Assembly: GCA_001275005.1 (NCBI GenBank)
Contig: JWZX01002453.1
Coordinates: 1-44,094, forward strand
Length of the DNA stretch: 44,094 nucleotides
Reading direction: 5' to 3'
DNA from: Chrysochromulina tobinii
Taxonomy: Eukaryota
Positions 9,330 to 19,892 of this stretch are shown one piece after another. Positions within the stretch are counted from its first letter, which is position 1. Each line of letters opens with the position of its first letter. Position numbers and translations under genes: made by a program. The notes below the pieces were generated by a model. It was not told where the DNA came from. It saw only the letters and a list, made by a program, of their open reading frames with translations, and searched no databases.

Positions 9330-11300
9330 TCAATCGCGTGCGTCGGAACAATTTGACCGCAGCTCACGCCCCGCGGGCTTGTCGAGGGCATGTGGGGCTC
9401 CTTTCTCATCGTGTGCGAGTAGCGCACGTGCAAAGGCAAGCTGCGGCCCGACGACGAGCGCCGTGACGGGCGCGGGCGGCGCAGTGCCGCGTGTGGCGCA
9501 CCCGATACGTGAGAGGTACGCCTTCGCCTCCGATGGGAAGTCGAACAGGATCACCCGATCGATAGGCTTGCCATATCCATATTTGGGATCGACCGGCTGG
9601 CTGCCAGCACTGAGTCCCAAATATGGCAAGCGGCTCAAGTCGAGCCCCCGCACGACGCGTCCGGTAGCCACGAGGAGGCGCGGCGCCTCCGACCCGAGCG
9701 CAATCGGGGCGAGCGGGTCGGGCATTGCACGGAAGGAGGCGAGGGACTCGGATCGCCGGGCAGACGGGAGCGAGCTGTGGAAGAGATGTACCGAGAGCGC
9801 AGGTACGGCGGCGGTGATGAAGGATGCGGGGGTGGCGGTGGGAGATCTCTGGAGATCGCGCCGCTGGAGCTCGCGCCGCTGGAGGTGACGGTGCAGAGCC
9901 TCGCAAGTCGCGCCATTGTCGCACAGCACGAGAGCGTGCTGGGCACCGACCAGGGCCATCGTGAGCTCCTCGAGCTTCGCCTCGAAGGCGCTGTGTTGAG
10001 CGTTGAGCGGCTGTGTGCAGTCGACAAGGGTGATCGGCACGCCCGCGCGCGTGCGGTGCAACCCAGGCCTGACGCGTCGTACGAGCCCTGGCACATCGAG
10101 CTGCATCTGGTCCTCGACGCCCTCGGGCAGCACCGTGGTGACGAGGGCGGTGGCGCAGCCCGCGGGCAGGACGCGAAGCAGCCATCGGAATGATGCGAGG
10201 GGCAGTTGCTCCGAACCGACGTCCTGCGGCGGTGGCGCGTGCCCAAGCCGCGGCATGCCGCCGCCGCCGCCGCCGCCGCTGTCGCCGGCCGTCTCCTCCT
10301 CTTCAGCCTTGCGAGTCCCCACATCCCCAGCAGTCCCCACAGCCCCGGGAATGTAGGGTCGCGTCGCCACAGATGGAGCCCTCGTAGAGTCACGGCCCTG
10401 GTAGAGAGAAGATGCCTCGTCCACCACCAGCATGCGCACTCCCTCGAGTGACACACTTGGCGGCCGGTCGCGAGGGCTCAGGTGGGCCATGAGCCGCCCC
10501 ATCGTCGCCACGAGAACCTCAAGTCCTCCGCCCAAGCGCTCCCGCTGCGTGGCCCATGAGTGCTCGCCCGTGGCGAGCGAGACGCGGAGCGAATGGTGCC
10601 CGACCTCGCGCGCAAGCTCTACCACCTGCTGTGCGAGGTCACTGGTCGGCACGATCACGAGGGCGCGCACCTGCCCAGGTGGCGTGCGGCCCTCGCTCTC
10701 CTCGATCTCCCACAGACGCTCCACCAGCGGAGCCACGTACGCGAGCGTCTTGCCGCAGCCGGACGCATCCGCGAGCAGCACGTCCTGATGACGCCGCATC
10801 GGCTCGAAGCTCAGCGCCTGGGCGCAGCTCGGCCGTGCGAAGCCGAGCGCCTCCAGGTTCGCCGTGAGCCGTGGCGACGCGCCGAGCGCCTCCCAACTCT
10901 TGGTGCCCGTGGCAAGGAAGGTGTCGTGCACGTGGCCCTTGGAGGTGCACGTCCACCGATGGCGCGTGCGCTGCGAGCGCGACTCGGCCTTTGGAGGAGC
11001 GTCGTGCCTCTTTTCGAGCCATGCGTCAATCGCAGCCCACGCTTCGTCGTCGTTGGTCTCAGCTTGTACTGTCGACTCGGGCACATCGCCCATGCGCATC
11101 GATGCACGTGGTGACGGCGTGCGTATCGCACCCAAGACGTGCGTAACGTAGCTATATTTGTGTGCCGTGTGCCCGGCTGCGGCGCTGCTCCAGGTTCGCC
11201 GTGAGCCGTGGCCAATCGTAGCCAAGGCGTGCGTAACGTACGCGTATCGGGTCAGCGCCGCAGCTGGGCACACGGCACACAAGTGCCAGAGAAGATGCAT
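9330..11300 (-). CDS. DEAD-box RNA helicase-like protein with degenerate motifs; possible N-terminal targeting peptide
   Basis: Q-motif 'WEALG...LGFARPSCAQ', motif I 'ASGCGKTLAY', Ia 'VPTSDLAQQ', Ib 'ATMGRL', II 'VVDEAS', V 'ATGRVVRGLD', VI-like 'YLSRIGCATRG'. Start placed at MHLLWHL (11300); the ORF is open to 11420. Confidence 0.85.
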   Translation of the reverse strand: MHLLWHLCAVCPAAALTRYAYVTHALATIGHGSRRTWSSAAAGHTAHKYSYVTHVLGAIRTPSPRASMRMGDVPESTVQAETNDDEAWAAIDAWLEKRHDAPPKAESRSQRTRHRWTCTSKGHVHDTFLATGTKSWEALGASPRLTANLEALGFARPSCAQALSFEPMRRHQDVLLADASGCGKTLAYVAPLVERLWEIEESEGRTPPGQVRALVIVPTSDLAQQVVELAREVGHHSLRVSLATGEHSWATQRERLGGGLEVLVATMGRLMAHLSPRDRPPSVSLEGVRMLVVDEASSLYQGRDSTRAPSVATRPYIPGAVGTAGDVGTRKAEEEETAGDSGGGGGGGMPRLGHAPPPQDVGSEQLPLASFRWLLRVLPAGCATALVTTVLPEGVEDQMQLDVPGLVRRVRPGLHRTRAGVPITLVDCTQPLNAQHSAFEAKLEELTMALVGAQHALVLCDNGATCEALHRHLQRRELQRRDLQRSPTATPASFITAAVPALSVHLFHSSLPSARRSESLASFRAMPDPLAPIALGSEAPRLLVATGRVVRGLDLSRLPYLGLSAGSQPVDPKYGYGKPIDRVILFDFPSEAKAYLSRIGCATRGTAPPAPVTALVVGPQLAFARALLAHDEKGAPHALDKPAGRELRSNCSDARD

Positions 11301-11704
11301 CCGTGGAAAGTGCGACTCCATTTTCGTCAAAAACGCAACCAAAATCGCATGCCGCATTTTGACGAAAACGAGATATCTCAGATACCCACAACCGTCACGC
11401 GACTCCATGCACACACGCACGGGACGCGCCTAAATGCTCTCGCACACACGCATCTAACATGCATCATCATCCCCCACGGTGACTCCTAGTTCGCTCTTAG
11501 GAATCCTATACGCTCTTGTGCCTACTCCCACGCAGATCGCTGCTAGGTGCTAGTGCTAGCCGCACGGAGGTCTCGCTTCAGGTATGTCCAACTACCTGTC
11601 CTCGGGTCCTGCAGCGTGCCCTTCTACCTGTCCTTAACGTCTCCCTCTGCCCGCTATTCCCGCCTGGTGGCACGCTTGGTGAGCCGCTGGGTTATTCCCC
11701 ACGG

Positions 11705-12559
11705 CTATTCCCGCTTGGTGGGCCGCTGGGTGGCCATAGCGCTGCCGACGCACGCGATGATGTACCTGCGATAGCCAAGCACGATGCCCGAGATCATGGC
11801 ATTGACCACCACGAGGTAGAGCAGCAGGTTCGTCAGCGGGCGATCTGAGAGCTGGATGTCATAGTACCACGGATACGGGATGGCGCCCCCGCACATGACG
11901 AAGTTGAGATAGAGCCACGCCTCGTAGGCCACGTGGTAGGCAGTCCCAGCCCAGACAAGGGCGGCGGGCCCGGGCAGGTACTTGGCCAGCAGGCTCGCGT
12001 CCTTGGACGCCACATCCACGAAGCCGCACACGAGCGACGGCAAGTGCACAAGTACCATCAGAGGCCAGTACTTCGGGTAGCCTCTGGCCTCGTAAAAGTT
12101 CCATTGCGCGCGCCACTCGGGGTGCGCGGCCTTCTGGATAGCCCAGAAGAAGAGGAACATGCAGCACATCATCACGCCGAGGCCGTTTATAAAGGCCGCC
12201 GACGAGTACACTGCGGTCGTGAGGTGCGGCAGCGGCCGCCCAAAGGCGAGGCCGACCTCAACGAGCAGCGAGAGGCCCTGGTAGACGCACTGCCCCATGA
12301 TGGTGATCGCTGTCAAGTAGACGCCCTTGCCCACATAGTCCTGCAGCCGTGCCTCATGTGCGGGCGTCCATAACCTCTCGCCCCTCGTCAAATCGTAGGG
12401 GTTGAAGCGCACGCGCCAGTCGGGCCCACCCCAATCTTTGGCGGCTTGCTCCTCGACAAGAGACAGCGGCGGGTGCCAAACGTGCTGAGCCAAATTGGCC
12501 AGCACCAGGAGAACAAAGGCCGCAAGCGCGAGCGCGAGACGCAAGGTCACCGGCAACAT
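11705..12559 (-). CDS. AIG1/ADTRP (FAR-17a)-like polytopic membrane protein
   Basis: About 6-7 hydrophobic helices. 'YLTAITIMGQ', 'WPLMVLVH' and 'YEAWLY...PYPW' resemble the Thr, His and YP(F/W) hallmarks of the family as I recall them. Start placed at MLPVTLRL. Confidence 0.6.
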   Translation of the reverse strand: MLPVTLRLALALAAFVLLVLANLAQHVWHPPLSLVEEQAAKDWGGPDWRVRFNPYDLTRGERLWTPAHEARLQDYVGKGVYLTAITIMGQCVYQGLSLLVEVGLAFGRPLPHLTTAVYSSAAFINGLGVMMCCMFLFFWAIQKAAHPEWRAQWNFYEARGYPKYWPLMVLVHLPSLVCGFVDVASKDASLLAKYLPGPAALVWAGTAYHVAYEAWLYLNFVMCGGAIPYPWYYDIQLSDRPLTNLLLYLVVVNAMISGIVLGYRRYIIACVGSAMATQRPTKRE

Positions 12560-12654
12560 CCTGGCGCGTTTGTGTGGCTCTCTCAGGGCGTGGCCGCACG
12601 ACCCCACGCGAACGATCCTCGACGTCCCGAGCTCCCGACCGAGAAGAACAGAAG

Positions 12655-12918
12655 ATATTCATACCGGTAAAAAGACACCGGGGGGAGCCGGGACACACAC
12701 GAGACACACGGAACACGCGGACGCACAAAGGCACACAGACGAATCTCACACAACCAACCAAACCCACCAACAACACACACCCCGCACGTCACTCGTCAGC
12801 GCGACGACCGAAGCCGCGGCCGACTCAACAGCCGCAAGCCCGAAGCCGACCGCTCCCCGCGGCCGACTCAGAAGAGGCATATTCATACCGGTAAAAAGAC
12901 ACCGGGGGGAGCCGGGAC
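12655..12918 (+). repeat. Exact 40-bp direct repeat (12655-12694 and 12879-12918) in a CA-rich intergenic region
   Basis: atattcataccggtaaaaagacaccggggggagccgggac occurs twice; ccgcggccgactca is also duplicated between the two copies. Confidence 0.9.
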
Positions 12919-13297
12919 GCACACGGGACACGGGACAAACACGGGACACACGGACAGCCGAACCATACCGGTACGAGTTAATCGTTTTGAATTTGAGCGT
13001 TTCCAAAACTCCCGGAAGGTGCCGGGTCAAACACGGGGAAAGTCACCAGGGAGGATATGTGGCGCTGCGTGAGCCGGCGCAAACACAAGTGACAAGAGTA
13101 TGGACCCTTCATGATTATCGACCATGCTCACGACAACTGCAGCATGTGGTTTATGACGGTGCAGTGCTGGTTCTGATGGTTGTGTCGTGTCGTCTGCGGT
13201 TCGTGAACTGTGACTGGGTGTCGTGGACCCGTGTGAGTAAGGCGTCCAGGGACTGCATGCAAGAGATTGGGCACATGCAAGCGCGCCGCTGGGCCGC

Positions 13298-13966
13298 TCA
13301 GAAGAAGCGTTTCTTCCGGGGGACACTCAGGTACATGTCGATGATGAGAGGCCGCTCGGAGTTGGCAGCTGCCTGCGCGAGCCGATCCCAGAGCTGTGTC
13401 GGCCCCATCGGGGTTCCGTTGACGCCCGTCACCTCGGCATCGACGGGCACGCCCGCAAGGGCTCCCGCACCTCCTGGTTCGACGCTCTTCACCAGCAGGC
13501 GCTCCTTCGCCCCCAACAACCCGCCTGAGCTTTTCCGGATCTCGAGGTTCAGCCCGAGCGAGCCCGGTGCTTCGAAGACATAGGAGTGCTGCCCAGTCGG
13601 CGCTGCGGCTGCGGTTCCAGCATCAGGGGACGCGGGGAAGGCTGAACCGTCCTCGTTAGGAGCGACTGGCTGACTCATCAGGCCATCACCCGTCGACGCT
13701 GATTCCGCAGGCTCTGGCACGCGTTCCTCCTCCGTGGCCCCGGGCGCCTCGTCGTCGTCCTCTGCCACTGTCTCCACAGTGGGCGCCGCCGGCGCTGTCC
13801 TCTCGGCATTGCCAAAATCGCCAAAGAGGCGCTGGGAAAGTTGGCCGAAAGCGGCGAACAGGTCCGTATGCTGCACCTGCTGCACCTGCTGCGCCTGTTG
13901 CGCCAGTTTCTGCGGCGAGGCGACGTCGAGGTGCACTTTAGCCTTGTGGTCTCCATGAGAGTCCAT
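13298..13966 (-). CDS. Small PDZ-domain protein with an acidic disordered N-terminus
   Basis: 'PGSLGLNL' (GLG loop), 'LLVKSVEPGGAGALAGVPVDAEVTGVNGT', 'ERPLIIDM'. Confidence 0.75.
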   Translation of the reverse strand: MDSHGDHKAKVHLDVASPQKLAQQAQQVQQVQHTDLFAAFGQLSQRLFGDFGNAERTAPAAPTVETVAEDDDEAPGATEEERVPEPAESASTGDGLMSQPVAPNEDGSAFPASPDAGTAAAAPTGQHSYVFEAPGSLGLNLEIRKSSGGLLGAKERLLVKSVEPGGAGALAGVPVDAEVTGVNGTPMGPTQLWDRLAQAAANSERPLIIDMYLSVPRKKRFF

Positions 13967-14200
13967 GAGATTTGTCGGCTCGTCTTGAGACCGTCGTGAG
14001 CGATCCAGATAATCTATTGGGGTTCAAGTCCCACCCGGTCAGTGCGTGCGAGTCTATAAGGTTTTGGCAGACTTAGAACATGATTCACACTATGGCGAGA
14101 GTGTGAATGGTTTGAAAATAGAATCCGCGATGCCCGGGTTATGCACCTATTCTCGGTGCACCACGTCATTAGTCTTCACGCCCAAGGTCTCTTTTGAAAA

Positions 14201-17200
14201 ATGCGTTCAGTGCCGTGTGCTTCATTGCTGCTGCTCGCGCTCGCGCCGCGCTCGACGGACGCGCAAACGCGGCTGGCGGCGTTAGTTTACGATATCAAAC
14301 CCGTCGGCGGGCCCGTCTTTGGCGACACCATTATAACATTGCGCGGCGTTGGCCTCGACTTTGTCAGCTGCCAGTTCCAGCTTCCAGGCGACAACCCTCC
14401 GGCGCGCCAGACCGCCCCGTGCGTCTTCAACCCACAAGATGTGCCCCTGGGGAGCAGCTGCAAGTGCACCACGCCGCGCGCGCCGCAGTACACGACGACG
14501 ATGCAAGTGTTTGACCCTTTGACGAACCAGAATAGGCCAACGCAAGTCCCCACGTCGGACCTGCTGCACGGACCGGTGGTGGTGACCGCGGAGGGCAGTT
14601 GGGGCAGATCCTTTTCGCCCTTCGCTGTCACCTTCACCTACTACGAGCTCAATCGCGCGATCAACGTCACGGCCATCGAGCCGACTGCCGGCTCATTCTA
14701 CGTCGACACGCTGGTCACGGTGCGCGGCAACGGCTTCGTCGACTACAGCGGCGGCGGCGGCGTATACTGTTCGTTTCCGGGGCCCTATTGGGATCCATTC
14801 ATGCTTCCTACGAACCCAGAGTACCCGTACCAGGACTTTACGTCGCCGGCCACGATTGTGAGCACCACCGAGATCCGTTGCGTCGTGCCGCCAAAGGGCA
14901 ACAACAGCGACCCCAGTCAGTGTGCCATTGAGTGCGACCGAGTGCGGCCGAGTGCGGCCGATGATTCCTGACCACCTCTGACCACCTCTGACTGCCTCTC
15001 TCGCCGCAGTTTTCGTGGAGGTGTGCTTGAGCGGCCACCCAGACAGTTCCTCCGTGCGCGGGCGGCAGCAGCATGACCACTTCTGCACGGCATCGCTCAA
15101 CCGCTTCGATTACGTCGACTACGCCGATCGGTTCAACCTGACCCTCTGGAATGCGTCCGTGATCGCTGGCCCGCTCAGGGGCGGCACGGAGCTCGAGATC
15201 TACGGGAGATTCGGGTTCGTCGATTTCCTGACGCTCGCGCCCGAGTTCGCGGGGCTGCCCGATGGCGGTCAGCCCCGCTGCGTCTTTGGACATGGCCTGG
15301 GGCGCAAGGGTGGCGCGCCGCCCGACTTGGCGCTGACGAGCCCCGCCACGCTCTTCGGCGCAACGCCGCTCCAGTACCATCTGTTGACCGAGCTCGGCGA
15401 CAATACGAGCGTGCGAGCGTCGCTTGGGAGGCAACGCATGTGCCTTGGGCGCGTTCTCCCCACAGTGCCCGATTCAGGCGACAATCGCAACTACTGCGGC
15501 TGCCAGTTCGCGGTGTACCCCCCTTCCACGAGCAACCAGCCCCCACCCCCGCCCATAATACCCGCGTGCGGCTGCGGCTGCCGCCGGCTTCTGCGCCAAG
15601 ATGGGGCGCCCGGGACCGCACACCAGGAGCTTGACATGTGCGTCGACCGACGGCTGAACCGGTTCGACCCCAATACCCCATTACCGGACATTAAGTGCGG
15701 CCCACACCCGACCAAGTACCACCGGCGGATCGATGCGCAGCCCGCCACGATGGCGCGCTGCCGGGCACCGCAGGCGGTCCAGAGCGGCTTGTATGAACTC
15801 GAGTACGCTCCCGGCGGCGACGTGCGCGCGACCTCACGCAGCACGGATCAGGCGGTCACATACACGTACTATGACGCCACGTTTGGAGGCGTGACGCCGC
15901 GCGCCACGCCACTGCAAGGCGGTACCCGCTTCCTCGTGCGTGGCAACAACTTGGGCCAGTTTGGGGTGGGCGTGCAGACCGGCGCGCTCAACATCTACGG
16001 CCAGCCGTCGCAGGTGCGCGCGTACTTTGGGTACCCCCGCTGCTTCATTGGCGGGCATCATCGGGCAGTGGGCGCGACGCTTGAGGATTGCGATCCGCTG
16101 GTGAGTGGCTGGACGCAAGCCATCGGCGGCACCTCGGGATGCCAGGTGCTCCGGTGCCTTGCCGCGCTCCCCATGGCCGCGGTCACCCTCGCGCTCCCCC
16201 TTCTAGTCTCGCTCAACGGCCAGTTCGACTCGGCCATTTTTCTGGTGAACGTGACGTACTTTGATCAAGACGCCGTGTACATCTCAACTGTGGCGCCGCG
16301 CGCCGCCCCCGTGACGAGTGACGTGCCCCTGCGGGTGCACGGCGCGGGCTTCATGGACCTGGGCGATATGAAGTGCGTGCTCTCGACTACGTGGGGTGCT
16401 AACACGCCTCTCGCGGGCATGCCACGTACGATCTATGTAGACGCGAACATCTCGGCCGACGCGCGTACGCTCATCTGCTCGCCCGACGAGACCACGCGCC
16501 GCTCCGCCCTCACCGTCAACGTCGGTATCACGCTCAACGGCGAGCTTGCCACCCTCAAGGTCGCCGAGAACCTGCCCATCTACTTTGTCGACTTGGGCAG
16601 CATCCGACTGTCCACCATCAATCCGCCTGCTGGCCCGATTCGTGGGGGCACCACGATCGTGCTCATGGCCAGCTCGTTCACCGCGCTCCAAGCGTGTGCA
16701 GGCGCCGTGTGCCCTGAGCCTCCTCTCTGCCTCATCGAGCTACGCACGCCGGGTTCGCGTCCTAACGGCAGCGCGCTCGCATACGGCGCGGCGGCACCGG
16801 CGCGCAACGTGACCGTCGTGGGCGCGGTGCGTGCGCGCCAGGGGCGTTGGGCGCTCCACTGCGACATGCCGTCCTCAGGGCTCACGACACAGGATGCCAC
16901 AGAGCTGCCTCTCGCACCCATGGCCCTCCTCGCGCGCATCCACGTCGCCTTGCTAGGCTATGTGAGCACTCGCTCCACCGTCCTCATCGATAGGCTCAAC
17001 TTCACGTACTATGACGCTTCGGTGTCGCGGGTCCATCCGCGCGGCGGGCCACCAGGTGGCGGCACGGAGCTCACCGTGAACGGGCGCGCCCTGCAGGGCG
17101 TCTACCGTGGCACGCCCTTGTTTGCCGAAGGCGGTCGTCGACAGCTGCTGGCTGCCGCCGAGTGCATCTTCCTCGCCTCGCCACCGCCGCCCTACGGGAT

Positions 17201-18072
17201 GCCGGTACAGGCCAACCTTCCGCTTCGCTCAGCTGCAAGTGCGGCGCCCGGCGGCGCACTTCGGTGCGCCACGCCCGCGCTGCCCGCCCAGGAGATCGCC
17301 ATCTCGCCTACCGGAGTGGTGCGCTACTTTCTCGAGGTGAGCCTCAACGGGTACGCGGACGAGCGCACGTCCTCGACGGTGCGGCTGCCGCCCTCGTTTA
17401 CGTACGTCGACGCGGTCGTCTCGCGTGTGCATCCGTTCGGCGGGCCAGTGATGGGTGGCACGATGCTCACCTTACGAGGTCGCAATCTCGGAGATTACGG
17501 CGGCCTCTCCTGCCGCTTCGCCTTCGCAACGCTCCCGAGTGTCGGGACCACCGCCGCCGCGGACGTGATCAGCAGTGCGACCGTCATCGAGAGCGGAGAC
17601 GGCGCCGGCGGCCGCGCCGTACGCTGTGCGTCTCCCTCCCTCGGCGCGGCTCAGCTCGCCGTTCTCACGGGCTCGTCCCGGGGCGGCGGCGGCGGCCTGC
17701 CAGCGTCCATCGAGCTGCAGCTCACACTGAATGGCGAGCTGTCACATTCACAGTTGGTAAGCGCGCCAGCGTGCAACGCCGCCGCCGCCACGGGCGACGC
17801 GCTGTTTGCTGATGTGGCGCGCGCTACCAATGCCTCCGATGCCGCCAACGCGACCTTGCGCGCGCGATGCTGGGCGTATTTCGATCCGGGCGCGGTGAGG
17901 CTGACGGCGCTCCAGCCGCGCGGTGGGCCGCACGTCGGCGGTACGCGGCTGACCGTGCATGGGAGTGGCTTCCATGATTTTGGAGGGCTTGGTTGCGTCT
18001 TTGGCAACGTGGGTGTCGCAGACTGGGAGGGCGCCGATGACGGTGGCGGCGACGGTGGTGACGAGGGCAGCA

Positions 18073-18117
<45 letters not shown>

Positions 18118-19892
18118 GCGAGGGAGGTGCCGTCAGCCGCGGCGATCCAGGCGCTCCGCACGGCGCTACCTTGACGCTCTTCTCGAGTGCCACACGCACC
18201 GATGCGGCCGAGGTCGTTTGCATCACGCCGCCCAACGGGGCGCTCCCTTACACGGGGCGGGTGGCCGTGCGCCTCACCCTCAATGGTGCCATTCGCGATG
18301 CGCATCTGCCGATGAATGCAACCGTGTTGATGAACGAGGATGCGCTGGCCAACGTCTCCAACGCGTTAGTGTTCACGTATTACAATGGCGCAGCGGTGTT
18401 GGCGCTCACAGCCATGCCGTCGCGCGGCGGCGCTCTCGGCTCGACGTTGCTCACGGTGGTCGGTCGGGGCTTTGTCGACTATGGCGGGCTGCGCTGCCGC
18501 TTTGGGCCGATAGGGATGCTGCCGACGACGAGCGCTACGATGCGGGTGGATGGCACGATCGCGTGCCGTTCGCCGCCTTATGCCGTCGCGCACGCTCGCG
18601 AGCAATTGGGCACCGATTGGCAGCCGGCGCCGCAGGCTGATGCGCCGAGCGTCTCGTCGCTGACGCTGCCACAGGGTACTCCTATTTTGGGTCCAATCTC
18701 AGGCGCGTCGCCCCTGGAGCTGCCGGCGCTGCCAGCCACCCTTCCAGTCAGCGTGATCCTCAATAACCAGTCCGACGCAGGCGGCGGCGAGGCGTCCGCG
18801 GGCGGCGCCCAATTCGAATTCGGGGCTGAGCCGTGCGAGGGTCAGCGGCTCCTCATCTTTGCAAGTGGGGTGGTGGACGACGGTCTCGCTGGCGCCTCGG
18901 GCAGCTACGGCGGCGCGCCGCGTAACTGCTCGTGGCTGCTGCGCCCCGCAAGCGTGCCGCCGGGCGCGGGTTATGCCCTTGCGCTCTTTCTCACCGCCGT
19001 CGACGTGCGCCCGGGGTACGATAGCGTGCTGATCGTCGATGGCGACGGCGACGGCGGCACGGGCAATGTGCTCCTCGCTCTGCCCGAGATACTCCCCGAG
19101 ATCTCACCCGAGATGAGCATGCATGCGAGTGGAGGCGACGGCCTTGAGATACTCCCCGAGATCTCACCCGAGATGAGCATGCACACGAGCGCCAACGCGA
19201 GCGCCAACGCGAGCGCCAACGTGCACATAAACGCGAGCGCCAACGTGAGCGCCAGCGTGCAAACAAACTCGAGCGCCAACGCGAACGCCAGCGTACACAC
19301 AAACGCGAGCGCCAACGTGAGCGCCAGCGTACACACAAACGCGAGCGCGACCGCGGCCACAAATCAATCCGAGGCGGCCGAGGCGGCGGCCACAGCGGCG
19401 GGGTTGGCGTGCTCGGGTGCCCACGGCGGCGCGTGCCTTCAGAGTGTACTCGCGCCGAGCGGCGTGGCGTTCATTCAGCTCATCTCGCGCCCGCGCGCCG
19501 ACGGCACGAGCAGCCGCTTGACGCTCACGTACGTTCTCGTCGGTCCGCCGAGTACGCCCGACCATCCAGCCAGCGTACGGCTGCAGGTGGAGCAATACGC
19601 GGCAGATGACCCGAGTCTGCTTGCCCATGAGCCACTCGCTGTGCGACGCGCGCGCGCGTGGAGCGTGCCCGCCACGGACGTCGACGCTGCCAGCCAAGAC
19701 GATGGCAGTGCGAGCGGCGAGGGTGGCGCTGATGGCGCCGCTCGCCAATGGCCCGGCCAGCCTTGGGAGTGGGCACGCAGCCGCTCGGCGGCGCGCGTGG
19801 CGCCGCGCTCGCGCACGTTCGCCCAGGGGCGAGCCGGAGGAGGAGGAGGAGCCAGCCGCCCAGAGGCAGGCGCAATTCGACGAGCGCTATAA
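14201..19892 (+). CDS. Large secreted protein with about 10 IPT/TIG repeats and a C-terminal CUB-like domain; one intron
   Basis: Signal-like N-terminus MRSVPCASLLLLALAPRSTDA. Repeated 'P.GGP..GGT.(L/I)T(V/L).G..F/L', 'C.F' and 'V.LNG' motifs. CUB-like 'CEG...SGVVDDG...Y...NCSWLL...YDSVLIVDG...SGVAFIQLIS'. Exons 14201-14915 and 15010-19892. Confidence 0.82.
14916..15009 (+). other. GT-AG intron of IPT gene (94 nt) containing 10-bp microrepeats
   Basis: A|gtcagt ... cgccgcag|TT gives NNSDP-I-FVEVCLSG. The intron holds (gagtgcg[a/g]cc)x3 and (ctgac[c/t][a/g]cct)x3. Confidence 0.8.
19086..19183 (+). repeat. 60-bp-period A-B-A repeat inside the IPT/CUB CDS (EILPEISPEMSMHASGGDGL)
   Basis: A = gagatactccccgagatctcacccgagatgagcatgca (19086-19123, 19146-19183); B = tgcgagtggaggcgacggcctt (19124-19145). 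Confidence 0.95.
19184..19350 (+). repeat. Degenerate 12/36-bp coding minisatellite encoding (N-A/V-S-A)n
   Basis: Repeated aacgcgagcgcc / aacgtgagcgccagcgtacacaca units. Confidence 0.85.

Noticed and set aside
12495..13583. 362-aa plus-strand ORF across the intergenic repeat region
   Set aside because: It translates the 40-bp repeat and CA-rich tracts, overlaps two better-supported minus-strand genes, and has no recognisable domain.
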